Virus record (IMG/VR): IMGVR_UViG_3300029288_007089
Span: 8,654-72,653 of that record
Source: a virus
Taxonomy: Duplodnaviria > Caudoviricetes
Strand: one strand, 5' to 3'
Length of the DNA stretch: 64,000 nucleotides
Shown here in pieces: positions 19,001 through 27,786 of this stretch (its first letter is position 1; each line of letters opens with the position of its first letter). A program made the translations under genes and the position numbers. The notes beneath the pieces are model-generated. The model was given only the letters and a program-made list of their open reading frames with translations, was not told the DNA's origin and searched no databases.

Positions 19001-19156
19001 GCTGTAGTACACGCCGCCGGTCCAGTAGCTATCGCCAGCCTTGATCGCCTCCATGCGCCCGGACGAGTCGAGGCGGAAACCGATTACGCCATCGCGGGCG
19101 GCTTTCACCGCCGGCGCGTCCGGCGCTTTCCTGCGAAATGGTTTGAGCAGGTCCAT
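16046..19156 (-). CDS. Portal protein fused to a 2H-phosphoesterase domain and a Mu gpF-like head morphogenesis domain (about 1036 aa)
   Basis: Portal motifs WAFRAVNVCADAIAGLRW, RGLSPF, FYANDARPG, ICAAFGVP, ITLNEARDAEGLEPL; 2H motifs WHLSLCY and PHVTLAY; MuF-like C-terminus HCASC...ECHGDNCDC. Confidence 0.85.
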   Translation of the reverse strand: MDLLKPFRRKAPDAPAVKAARDGVIGFRLDSSGRMEAIKAGDSYWTGGVYYSADQYLSNSATGLAYALVVSVWAFRAVNVCADAIAGLRWRVVDKDSREELPDHPLARALRRNEQKLLRKWQWSMKLWGEVFVEKTRNRANYPAGLNWLNNLGVTVDASTGYIRKFMYSAPGGANYAEFDPHEMIFAHTDNPFDDLRGLSPFLTIMDELGIDRDVARVTRAFYANDARPGILLVPENAMSPADATRFMDTWKAQFQGPDKAGKPALLERKVSVIEVQRAPTLDDAGLRESVRREICAAFGVPLSLVDTGAEVTYENKLRDQQWFAESRVIPDGRDIAADINAQAMPFFDASGDAEFEFVFDEIKALSEDALRQTQLTTQRLGAGLITLNEARDAEGLEPLPAGNVLYLGGQPIPVAQLDQMPLAPAPPPVAAQATTTAPHLPAPKPKLLTPGNGNGRERAEWKPATVVRGVTQRQKARPVATKDAGFGFWVSLANNGDLAALWETLFAVDPDADWLAPAEWHLSLCYAAAPQPRAAMTPFVDFQDNYALEPTTVAAERLEVWDTEDGACLVLRVAANDALRALQAECVGRMIYAGLIVSDYSQPEDWKPHVTLAYNVADGLLDKVDAEAIVAGVRLPIEIVQLVDDAPQYTWNLKSVADELAAWEKVALKSTRRAQDFECYVTPPATQAVVRMALAELPAAAGRDGVRAVFAAARQARKEDAVDELPFDDALAAWVFNGAKADAGDIPAHVRAVARMWLKLTGDNAAALDEARVFARRWAGKSFAQTEIDYHIALVDLVMRAFQTGAEGGPAVPRKEFGDLGRAEIRAYLTQGFIDGMHDAGAQVDSADDLTDEARAEIHARANEEAKYWTKLANELYGDMLPQRQFIDFMFQAAFDFQQQCAETGDEIACAEAEKRLASANRAFDEFKMAQRAFIDRMAVWVNKGLGNAFELGKLFAQDNQLLIWVYGDTIEHCASCRVAEGQIHTAREWREAGVAPKQSNLECHGDNCDCGLIPAPAGAEPRGDLSAIPLFGGG

Positions 19157-19158
19157 AT

Positions 19159-20694
19159 TCACCAGTCCAGTGACCACACCTGCATCGGTGCGGCCATGAG
19201 ATGCGCCCAGTGCGCCAGCACAACCGCGTCGCCTTTGTCGGGCGAGCGGCCAAGTCGCGCCTGTATCGCCTCTTTCGGCTCCACCACAATGCCGCGTGGC
19301 GTAGCCTTCCAGCGCGGCGCGCAAAGGTCGGCCAGCAACTCGCGGTCATCGGGCAGCATCAGCCCGTCGCCCGTATTCGGGTCAAGCGCCTCGCGCAGCT
19401 TCCAGTATGACGCCGCGCGCACGTTGACAAAGCGGAGCTTGCCGCTCCTGTCGGTCTGGTCCGATCCCGCCGCGTTGTCGATTGCCATGACGGTAAAACC
19501 GGGCGCATTCAGTGAGTCGTAAACCGACGCGCCGACGCCGATTACGTCAACGCCGATGACTGCCTGTCCCTCGTGCGCCGATAGCACGAGCGCCGCCGCC
19601 GCCGGGCCGTCGGGCGTTGACGCGCCGGGATAGGTCAAGAGCGACGCGAAATACGGGCCATAGACGCGCGCTATGGCCGTGCGGTCCTTGCCGCCGCGCG
19701 CCACATCCACGCCAAGCGCCGATAGCCCCATATCCGGCGCGCCGGCCTCCCCGTGGCGCTGCTGGGCGAGACGCACCCATTCCGTCGGAATTACCTGCCA
19801 GGGATCATCCTCAACGCCAACGGTGAAATCGCCAAAGAGTAGTTGCGAGCGCAGCGGTTCGGGCAGGTTTTGTAGCACCGCCTCGTAGCGCCCGTCGTGC
19901 GACAGGTGGGGGTTGTCCCTGAGCAACGCGGGGATAAAGGTGCGCGACTTAGGCGTGATCGTCTCGCCCTTCCACACGAACGGCTCTCCGTTCTCACGCT
20001 CCTGGTCCTCGTTGTCCACGCGCGCATACCAGCGCAATTCGCCCGGCTGCGCGGGATAGGGATACTGCGCGTCAAGCCACGCGCGCCAGTACCGAATCAC
20101 CCATTCCCCCTCTGCCGTCGTGGGCGGGTTGCCCGTCGCGATAATGCGCACGCGCTGGCGCGGATCGGTCGTGCGCGCCCAGCCCGAAAGAAAACGGTAC
20201 TGGCTTTCGGTGAATTCCGTCACCTCGTCGAAGCCCTTGAAGTCATGTGCGCGACCCTTGTACTTGACCACATCGACCTCACGCTGCACCGCGCCGAACT
20301 CCAACATGCGCCCACCGGGAATGCTACGCCAGACGTGCTCCCACCCGTTGTATTTCGCCCTGTCCGCAAGCAGGTCGCGGCTGCGCTGGATAAGGCCGTC
20401 TGCGCCCGTAAGCTGCGTAAATTCGCGCCGGAAGATGATGCTCTTCTTGTGGCGCGTCAGGGCGCAGCCCAGAAGCAACTCGCTTTTGCCGCCGCCGGCT
20501 GCGCCGCCAAAGAACAGTTCATCGGCAGGGCAATCCAATGCATCGGCCTGGGGCGAAGCGGGAATAGGCAACCAGACGGTGGCCTCCTCTGGCGCGCCAT
20601 CCTCACCCGACCACTGCCGGATCAGGCCGCGCCAGGAGTCGGTCCATGTCGCGCCCGATGGCGGCAATGGCATCGCGGTCCTTGACGTGCTCAC
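19159..20694 (-). CDS. Terminase large subunit
   Basis: LFFGGAAGGGKS Walker A, KGFDEVTEF Walker B, ATGNPP, LGVDVARGGKDRT nuclease, GRSPDKGDA; exact start uncertain. Confidence 0.93.
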   Translation of the reverse strand: MSTSRTAMPLPPSGATWTDSWRGLIRQWSGEDGAPEEATVWLPIPASPQADALDCPADELFFGGAAGGGKSELLLGCALTRHKKSIIFRREFTQLTGADGLIQRSRDLLADRAKYNGWEHVWRSIPGGRMLEFGAVQREVDVVKYKGRAHDFKGFDEVTEFTESQYRFLSGWARTTDPRQRVRIIATGNPPTTAEGEWVIRYWRAWLDAQYPYPAQPGELRWYARVDNEDQERENGEPFVWKGETITPKSRTFIPALLRDNPHLSHDGRYEAVLQNLPEPLRSQLLFGDFTVGVEDDPWQVIPTEWVRLAQQRHGEAGAPDMGLSALGVDVARGGKDRTAIARVYGPYFASLLTYPGASTPDGPAAAALVLSAHEGQAVIGVDVIGVGASVYDSLNAPGFTVMAIDNAAGSDQTDRSGKLRFVNVRAASYWKLREALDPNTGDGLMLPDDRELLADLCAPRWKATPRGIVVEPKEAIQARLGRSPDKGDAVVLAHWAHLMAAPMQVWSLDW

Positions 20695-21259
20695 TTACCA
20701 CCCCCAGAAACGCCGACAGCAGCATGACAGACGCCTCCACGCTGACCATCATCTGCATCTCGACCAGCCGCTTGCGTTCGCTCTCCACCAGCCGGCGGCG
20801 CGCCTCTAGCAGTTGCCGTATCTCGGCGGTGATGTCCTGCTCCTGCGCGCCCTGGCGCACGAGCGACACGACGGCGTTCAGGTGCGCCGCTATGCCGGCG
20901 TTGTCGTTGTCCGCCCGCGCCTTCAGGAGCGCGCCGACCTCGTTGCCCAGCGCCTTCCACAGCCCGCCGCTCTCGCCGGTGTCCAGGCGTGCGATCATCT
21001 CCGTCAGCAGCGCGTCCGTCAGTGCCACCTCCTCGCGCAGGTTGAGCAGTTCGGCGTCCGCCTGCGCCTCCTGGTAACGCGCGGCGAGGCGCGTGGGCAG
21101 GTGCTTGGAGTAGCGGCCCGTTACGGTCTGTGGCAGCGCAAAACCGCGCGGCGTTTTGCCGCCGTGGATGTGGCACACGTTGCGCCCCGGCACGGCGGCG
21201 TTTTTGCACCGCTCGCCCGTCCGTTTTGACTTCGCCGTACACTGCGCCATTAGCTGCAT
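20603..21259 (-). CDS. Terminase small subunit (HGGxT motif)
   Basis: CTAKSKRTGERCKN...CHIHGGKT, immediately upstream of the large subunit. Confidence 0.85.
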   Translation of the reverse strand: MQLMAQCTAKSKRTGERCKNAAVPGRNVCHIHGGKTPRGFALPQTVTGRYSKHLPTRLAARYQEAQADAELLNLREEVALTDALLTEMIARLDTGESGGLWKALGNEVGALLKARADNDNAGIAAHLNAVVSLVRQGAQEQDITAEIRQLLEARRRLVESERKRLVEMQMMVSVEASVMLLSAFLGVVSEHVKDRDAIAAIGRDMDRLLARPDPAVVG

Positions 21260-21496
21260 CCATGAGGGTTTGCCCCATCCATGAGGGTATCACTCCCCCC
21301 GCGCCGGCTCCAGACCGAGGGCGGCGAGGCGCTTGACCGAACGCCCGTTCTGGTATATACTGAATGTGTCTAGGTGGCGTTGCTCAGAGGGCGGATTTAT
21401 GTTTCTATCAACATGCTTCCTGCGGGTTAAACGAGCGCTGCCTAGACAACAACGCCGCCGCCCAAGGGAAGCACCATTTTTACTAAGGAGCGCACA

Positions 21497-22279
21497 ATGA
21501 ACGAAACCGTCATCTCGTGGACCAAGAAAACGTGGAATCCGGTGTTCGGCTGTAGCAAGGTCAGCGAAGGCTGCCGCTACTGCTACGCCGAAACGCTGGC
21601 GCTGCGCTACAGGCATTCCACAAAGCCGTGGACTGCCGCCAATGCCGTGGAGAATGTACGGCTGCAAGAGCACAAGCTGCGCGAACCGTATGCGCTCAAA
21701 GAGCCAACGATGATCTTCGTCAATTCGATGAGCGATCTGTTCCATGAGCGGGTGCCAGACAGCTACATCGCGCGCGTCTTCGCCGTAATGAATGATCTGC
21801 CGCAACACACATTTCAGGTCCTTACCAAACGACCAGAGCGTGCATGGAAGTGGTATGGTCCGTGGACAGAAAACATCTGGATGGGTGTATCGGTAGAACT
21901 TCAAAAACACGTGGACCGCATTGAGTTGCTGCGCTACGCGCCGGCCAAGGTCAAGTTTGTCTCGTTCGAGCCGCTGCTTGGGCCTATCGAGGGTGTCCAT
22001 CTGCGCGGCATCCACTGGGCCATCGTGGGCGGCGAAAGCGGCGCACATCTGACGCCGGACAGCCCGCGTTGGCTCAACATGGCGTGGGCGCGGGCGCTGC
22101 GCGATCAATGCGTCAGGGCTGGCGTCGCGTTCTTCTTTAAACAGGACAGTGGCACACGCACCGAACTGCGACCGTATCTGGTCGAAGAAGACGGTAGCCA
22201 CACGATATGGCAACAAATGCCTAAACACGACGAGGCTCCAGTCCAAAATCGGCAATACGCTCAAGCGCCACTGCTGTAA
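21497..22279 (+). CDS. Phage Gp37/Gp68 family (DUF5131) protein
   Basis: ISWTKKTWNPVFGCSKVSEGCRYCYAE, IFVNSMSDLFHE, FQVLTKRPER, FVSFEPLLG, WAIVGGESG, FFFKQ. Confidence 0.92.
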   Translation: MNETVISWTKKTWNPVFGCSKVSEGCRYCYAETLALRYRHSTKPWTAANAVENVRLQEHKLREPYALKEPTMIFVNSMSDLFHERVPDSYIARVFAVMNDLPQHTFQVLTKRPERAWKWYGPWTENIWMGVSVELQKHVDRIELLRYAPAKVKFVSFEPLLGPIEGVHLRGIHWAIVGGESGAHLTPDSPRWLNMAWARALRDQCVRAGVAFFFKQDSGTRTELRPYLVEEDGSHTIWQQMPKHDEAPVQNRQYAQAPLL

Positions 22280-23378
22280 CTTCTGGCGACAATTCCACAT
22301 TTAACGACGCTCTGGCAAGCTGCTCGCAGGCCAGGAGCGTCGTGCCCGTGCCCGCAAACGGGTCGGCAACAATCTGCCAATCAAAACCACGAAGCATTTC
22401 CACAAAAATTGCAACTGCCTTCCCGTGACCCATAACCGTGTTTTCAAATTCGCTACCGCCCACTTCTATCACGCTGCCGTAACCAGAGGTAGGACGATGC
22501 CAACCAAGCGTCTCACCGCCTCGCGTCAACATTACAATGTTGTGGTGATACCACAGCGGCATAAACTCTGATGGAATGGCGCGCGACGCTCGCGTGCGCC
22601 ACACGAAATCAAGACAATATTTCCAGTCATCGTCTGCCAATGAAAATGCCTGCTTGCCGCCCGTCAGAATAATAGCGCGCGGCGCAAAAAACGCAGCGGT
22701 ATCCATAACGATATGTGCATCCAAATCATATGGCGGGTCAGTGACGATAATATCTGCTCGTGTGTCTCTCATCACCCGCGCCACGTCCTCCGCCTTCGTG
22801 CTGTCCCCGCACAGCAGCCGGTGCGCACGCCCCGGCGTCGCCTTGCTCGGTATCTCCCACAGGTCGCCGGGCTGCACGCCCCACTTCGCCTGCAACTCCG
22901 CCGCGCGGTCCACCTGCGCGCCGGCGTCCTCCGCCGGCTCCGGCGCGTCGCCCAGCCCCCACTCCGCCAACTCCTCCGCCGTCCACCACGCGCCCAGGTC
23001 CGCGCCTTGTTCCCGCGCCCACGTTAGCGCCTCCACGTCCCAGTCGAGCGAGTGCTCTTGCACAACGTTATCCGCAATTGCCAGCCCGCGTCCCTCTGGC
23101 GTGTCTAGGTCAAGGTCTTTGCGCTGCACAAAAACGGGCACCTTGCCATCCGTCTCAATAACGATAGCTTCCTCAAATCCCTCAGCAACCAACACTTCAT
23201 GTGTGAGGTTGCCCGCCATAATGCGCCCGTTGCGGTCCAGTAGCCCAGAGCGCCCGGCCCCAAACCTGCGGATACTCTCCACCAACTGCCAATGTCCGCG
23301 CTCGGTGTGTCTATTGGGGTTATGGTCGTCGGGCGCGAAGTCGGTTAGTTTGACTTTACGGATGGTCGGTTCATTCAT
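22221..23378 (-). CDS. ParB-like domain - DNA N4/N6 methyltransferase fusion
   Basis: N-terminal LTDFAPDDHNPN...IMAGN; HRLLCGDST; TDPPY (motif IV) and DPFAGTGTT (motif I). Confidence 0.88.
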   Translation of the reverse strand: MNEPTIRKVKLTDFAPDDHNPNRHTERGHWQLVESIRRFGAGRSGLLDRNGRIMAGNLTHEVLVAEGFEEAIVIETDGKVPVFVQRKDLDLDTPEGRGLAIADNVVQEHSLDWDVEALTWAREQGADLGAWWTAEELAEWGLGDAPEPAEDAGAQVDRAAELQAKWGVQPGDLWEIPSKATPGRAHRLLCGDSTKAEDVARVMRDTRADIIVTDPPYDLDAHIVMDTAAFFAPRAIILTGGKQAFSLADDDWKYCLDFVWRTRASRAIPSEFMPLWYHHNIVMLTRGGETLGWHRPTSGYGSVIEVGGSEFENTVMGHGKAVAIFVEMLRGFDWQIVADPFAGTGTTLLACEQLARASLNVELSPEVTAVALERIADFGLEPRRV

Positions 23379-23430
23379 TGCATTTATTCCTCAACCATGC
23401 TATACTGTTCTGTATATAAGGGAGGCTAAT

Positions 23431-24000
23431 ATGGATGTTCCTGTCGCAGTCAAGAAAATGGCAAAACCCTTTGAGGTGCGTCCCGTTAAAGACACGAAAG
23501 GCCTTTTTATCACATCGGGTGGACAAGTTATATCTATCAAGGTTCACGGCAGTAAATTTGGCAGGATCGATCCCTCTCGGCCCCGGTTTCTGTCGATGCC
23601 GAAATCTAAATATGGCTATCCGATGGTTAGCATCAATAATCGAATGGTATATGTGCATAGGTTGGTTCTGGAAACCTTTGTAAAATCGCAGCCACCTGGA
23701 CTTGAGGCGCGCCACCTGGATGGTAACCCTGAAAACAATAATATTGATAACCTTTGTTGGGGTACCCACGCTGAAAATCACCAAGATAGCGTATGGCATG
23801 GCACAAGCAAGAATCCTCCGCGCAACAACGTCCGTGGTTCTGATAATGGGCAATCGAAACTTACTCAAGACGATGTTCTTAAAATTCGCGCCAATTGCGC
23901 ACGCGGTGTGTCGCAATATATCCTTGCGCAAGAATTTGGCGTTACCCAACAAACCATAAGTGATATTGCCCGGCGAAAAAGCTGGCGCTGGTTGAAATAA
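23431..24000 (+). CDS. HNH homing endonuclease with C-terminal HTH (free-standing, low GC)
   Basis: YVHRLVLETFV...EARHLDGNPENNNIDNLCWGTHAEN...D, GSDNGQSKLT, LAQEFGVTQQTISDI. Confidence 0.92.
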   Translation: MDVPVAVKKMAKPFEVRPVKDTKGLFITSGGQVISIKVHGSKFGRIDPSRPRFLSMPKSKYGYPMVSINNRMVYVHRLVLETFVKSQPPGLEARHLDGNPENNNIDNLCWGTHAENHQDSVWHGTSKNPPRNNVRGSDNGQSKLTQDDVLKIRANCARGVSQYILAQEFGVTQQTISDIARRKSWRWLK

Positions 24001-24084
24001 TCCCCGCTCCGTCCCCCGGTTGGCGTTGTGCGGGTCGGGCGTGAAGTCGGTTAGCTGCGCTTCGTATATCTGAGATTCGTCCAT
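24001..24084 (-). pseudogene. Orphaned 5' stub of the ParB-methyltransferase gene
   Basis: MDESQIYEAQLTDFTPDPHNANRGTERG parallels MNEPTIRKVKLTDFAPDDHNPNRHTERG; homology stops at the HNH stop codon. Confidence 0.75.
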
Positions 24085-24159
24085 GTCATCCCTAAAAACA
24101 AAGACGCGACTCCCTTGCGAGAAGCCGCGCCTGCGGGATTGCCTCGTCAGACAGCGGTG

Positions 24160-24375
24160 CTACTGCGCCTCGTCCTCGACCTCTACCGGGTCAAACGGCC
24201 CGATGGACGGCGTAGGCTGCAAGAGACTCCTGCCGCCCTGCACAACCACCGTCACCCGGCCATGCCCGATGCTGAGCACTTCGTTCATGCGCTCGATCCA
24301 CTGGCGCAGCAAGTCCGGGTTGATCCGGCCCAGCGCCGGCAGGTCGTTGGTCGGGGCGATAGCGCTCTTGTCCAT
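24160..24375 (-). CDS. Small protein, DUF2292/YezD-like
   Basis: 71 aa with IGHGRVTVVVQGG pattern. Confidence 0.45.
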   Translation of the reverse strand: MDKSAIAPTNDLPALGRINPDLLRQWIERMNEVLSIGHGRVTVVVQGGRSLLQPTPSIGPFDPVEVEDEAQ

Positions 24376-24376
24376 A

Positions 24377-24467
24377 AGTTTACAGTGTCCTCTCTGTTAT
24401 GTCAACGCCGCGCGCGGGAGCATAGAACGCATGTTGCATTGACGGCGCTGCCCCCATGCCCTACACT
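24377..24467. promoter_or_regulatory. Divergent sigma70-type promoters
   Basis: Minus: TTGACA(24405-24400)-17-TAAACT; plus: TTGACG(24439-24444)-17-TACACT(24462-24467), placing the TSS near ATG 24474 (leaderless). Confidence 0.6.
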
Positions 24468-24473
24468 GGCGGC

Positions 24474-25313
24474 ATGGACATCGTACAACGTCGCGTCACC
24501 GTGCGCCCCACGCTGCTCGTGCTCATTCTCGCGCTTGCGTTCCTGCTCGTCGTGTACATGCGCGTGCTGCCCTGGGGCGGCATCGACTGGCGTGACTACT
24601 TCCGCCCTGCGAGCCTCGCGCTCTTGCGCGGCGCGTCGCCATACACTGTGGACGGATTCTACTCGCCACCGTGGACAGCGCTGCTGCTTGCGCCGCTGGC
24701 GGTGCTGCCCTTCGACATCAGCCGCATGGTGTTTCTCCTTGGCGCGCTCACGGCATTCGTGTACCTGCCGCGCCGATACGGCGCGTCGCGTCTCGCGGGT
24801 GCGCTCTTCGTGCTCTCCCCGCCGGCCATTGCCGGCCTCGCCACACAGAACATTGACTGGCTGGTCCTGTGCGGCCTATTGCTGCCCCCGCGCTGGGGGC
24901 TGTTCTTTGTGCTCATGAAGCCGCAGACGGTGGGCTTCGTCGCCATCGTCTGGGCGCTGGAGGCGTGGCACGCGGATCGCCTGCGTGGACTGCGGCGGCT
25001 GCTATGGCCGGTGACGCTGGCGACACTCGCGTCGTTCGCCCTCTTCGGCTTCTGGCCCGCTGCCGCGTCGGATCTGACACACGACACGTACTGGACGTCG
25101 CTCTGGCCCATCGGCGTCCCGTTCGGCCTGGGGCTGGCGGTGCTGGCGCTACAGAGGCGCAGCGAACGACTCGCGTGCGTCGCCTCGCCGTTGCTGGCTC
25201 CGCACGTGCTGATGCATAGCTGGGTCGGCGCGCTGCTGGGCGTGTGTGACAACACCGCGCTCATGGTGGCGGTCGTCGGCGGCCTGTGGGCGGTGCGGCT
25301 GTTCATGGCATGA
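24474..25313 (+). CDS. Membrane glycosyltransferase, GT87/DUF2029-like
   Basis: IDWRDYFRPASLALLRGASPY...FYSPPWTALLLAPL, QNIDWL, MKPQ; multiple TM helices. Confidence 0.75.
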   Translation: MDIVQRRVTVRPTLLVLILALAFLLVVYMRVLPWGGIDWRDYFRPASLALLRGASPYTVDGFYSPPWTALLLAPLAVLPFDISRMVFLLGALTAFVYLPRRYGASRLAGALFVLSPPAIAGLATQNIDWLVLCGLLLPPRWGLFFVLMKPQTVGFVAIVWALEAWHADRLRGLRRLLWPVTLATLASFALFGFWPAAASDLTHDTYWTSLWPIGVPFGLGLAVLALQRRSERLACVASPLLAPHVLMHSWVGALLGVCDNTALMVAVVGGLWAVRLFMA

Positions 25314-26277
25314 TGCGCGCCTCCGCAACCTGTGCCGCGATCCACGCATACGTGTGCGCGATACCATCCTCCAAACTCACGCGCGGCTCCCAGCCCAGCA
25401 CGGCGCGGGCGCGGCTGATGTCGGCGTTGCGCGTGCGCACGCCCTCCGGCCCCGGCGTGTGGTTGAGCACCAGCGTCACCCCGGCGGCGTCCATGATGAG
25501 GCGCGCCAGTTCGTCGATGCTCACCGCGCGGTCGCTGCCCAGGTTGAGCGGCGTCGTGTGGTCGCTCTCCATCAAACGCAGCAACCCCTCAACCGCATCA
25601 TTGACGTACAGGAACGAGCGCACCTGCTGGCCGTCGCCCCAGATGTCGATGTGGTCCGCGCCGTGTAACTTCGCCTCCGCTACCTTGCGGCACAGCGCCG
25701 CCGGCGCTTTCTCGCGCCCGCCGGTCCATGCCCCCAGTGGTCCATACACGTTATGCAGCCGCGCCACGCGCGTCTCCAGGCCGGCGTTGCGCCGGTACGC
25801 CGCGCACATGTGCTCCGCGTCCAACTTCTCCCAGCCGTATACGCTGTCCGGCAGCGCGGGGTAGGCGTCGGCCTCGCGCAGCGGCGCGCTGTCGGCGTCG
25901 GACTGGCGGTACTGCGGGTACACGCACGCGCTGGACGTGAAGAGGTAGCGCAGCACGTAACTGGCGGATGCGGCCTCGATCATGTTGGCATTGATGAGTG
26001 TGTTATTGCGGATGATGGCGGCGTCGTTGTCGCCGGTAAAGACGAAGCCCGCCCCGCCCATGTCGGCGGCGAGTTGAAATACCCACTCAACGCCGCGCAC
26101 CGCCTCACAACAATTGCCGTAGTCGCGCAGGTCCAGGAGCTTGAATTCATCCGCCGCCGTGGGCGCAAACTCCGGACGCTTGAGGTCCGCGCCGCGCACC
26201 CAGTGGCCGGCGGCCTTGAGGCGCGCGACGAGATGGTGGCCGATGAAGCCGCCCGCGCCGGCGACGAGAATTCTCAT
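25303..26277 (-). CDS. NAD-dependent nucleotide-sugar epimerase (GDP-mannose 3,5-epimerase-like)
   Basis: ILVAGAGGFIGHHL, FQLAADMGGAGF, FTSSACVYP, YGWEK, HNVYGPLG, GREKAPAALCRK. Confidence 0.93.
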   Translation of the reverse strand: MRILVAGAGGFIGHHLVARLKAAGHWVRGADLKRPEFAPTAADEFKLLDLRDYGNCCEAVRGVEWVFQLAADMGGAGFVFTGDNDAAIIRNNTLINANMIEAASASYVLRYLFTSSACVYPQYRQSDADSAPLREADAYPALPDSVYGWEKLDAEHMCAAYRRNAGLETRVARLHNVYGPLGAWTGGREKAPAALCRKVAEAKLHGADHIDIWGDGQQVRSFLYVNDAVEGLLRLMESDHTTPLNLGSDRAVSIDELARLIMDAAGVTLVLNHTPGPEGVRTRNADISRARAVLGWEPRVSLEDGIAHTYAWIAAQVAEARIMP

Positions 26278-26538
26278 GGCTTTTCCCCGGCGTTCGTGTC
26301 CGTTTTCTCTAGAGACATCAATGTTTTTCTTTATCTTCCTTTGAGGTCGGCCAATTGCGAGCGCCGAGAACGCCCACCATCAGGCCGGACAGAAAAATCA
26401 TGGCGCGAATCTTTGCCTCTGAGTCGTCTACAAAAAGCACGACCACAATGACCCCTGTGACAAAGCCGAGCAATAGAAATGGTCCCATCGTTGGCTCCCG
26501 TCCGCCCTTGGCGGTCAAAAATGTGCCCGTCTAATATG

Positions 26539-27769
26539 TTAGCGCGTCCGTATACTCTGCGCCCGCCAACTTGCCCCCGCCGGCAGGTCCGTCACCGGCC
26601 TGGGCGTCTCCCGCTCCACCATGCCGACCCACACCGTGCCGCGCGGCTGCTGCGGGTCGCGGCGCAGCGTGTAACCGGCGGGCGCGGTGACGCCGCGTGC
26701 GTCGTGCGGGTTGAGCACGATGAGGTCCGCCCACAGGCCGTGCTCGCGAAACAGGCGCTGCGCAAGCTCCGTCACCTGCGCGCCGAAGTCGCCGGCGTGT
26801 GTGGCGTGAATGCCGGTGCCGCGTTGTTTAGTCGTCATGATTCGTGTCCTCCTGTGACGGTTTTAGATTCGCCTCCGCTTCCACCGCCCGCGCGCAGTAC
26901 CGGCACACGCGCTCCGGGCGTTCCGCGCACACCTGCGCCGCCTCGTCGAGCGCCGGCGCGTGGCGGCACTGCGGCACGGCGTCGCGGTAGATGTGCCACT
27001 TGCGCACGTTGCCGCAACAGTCGCAGATGGTGCGGCGGCGCGCGTAGATGAGGGTGGGGGCAACGACTACCGGGACGATGGTGAGGGTGGCGGCGTCGCT
27101 CACGTCTTCGCCCCCACCAGCGCCCACACGCGCAACACCGGCCTGACGCCGCGCGGCGTGACGCTCAGTTGCGGCTCAATGCGCACCTCAATGCCACGCG
27201 CGGGAATGCGTATCTCGATGGCGTGGCGCTCGTTTTCCTCGTCCGGCTCCGCGTACAGCACCGGCGCGTCGTCAGGCGCGCCGGCGGGTTGCAGCGCCAC
27301 GCCGCATAGCCGGCTGAAGATGTCGGCCAGCGTCTGCCAGTCAGCGGCGCTGCCGGTGCGCGCCTCGAGTTCGGTAGGCTCGCTCACCTCACGCTCCTCT
27401 CGCGGCTCCCACCGCCTAGTCCCGGAATTCCCGCGCCGCCGCCGCGTTCACGTCGTCCTGCGTGGCGGTCACAGCGTCGGCAGCGTCGTTAAACCCAATA
27501 CTCCACGTCATGCGGTGCCTTCTCATACCTGTCCCATGTATGACGCAAGCGATAGAGCGCCGTCATGACGCCGCGCCAAAGCCAGCGCCACCACGCAATA
27601 CGCCCGGTACCCGCGCACGTTTCGCACTCAGACATGACGTGACGCGGGCCGAAGCCGTCCTGCTCAATGTAATCGTGCCAGCCCCCGCCCCGGCAATCGG
27701 GACAGCGGGGTAGCCGGTTCTCTTGCCAGTCGCGCCAGAACCAGCGTAGGTCGCTCCTGAGTTTTTTCA
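26539..27769 (-). other. Run of small hypothetical ORFs (26539-26838, 26835-27103, 27100-27387, 27489-27769), some with CxxC pairs
   Basis: Tandem ORFs with overlapping start/stop codons and GGAG RBSs. Confidence 0.5.
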
Positions 27770-27786
27770 CGGTTCGCTCCTTTCGT

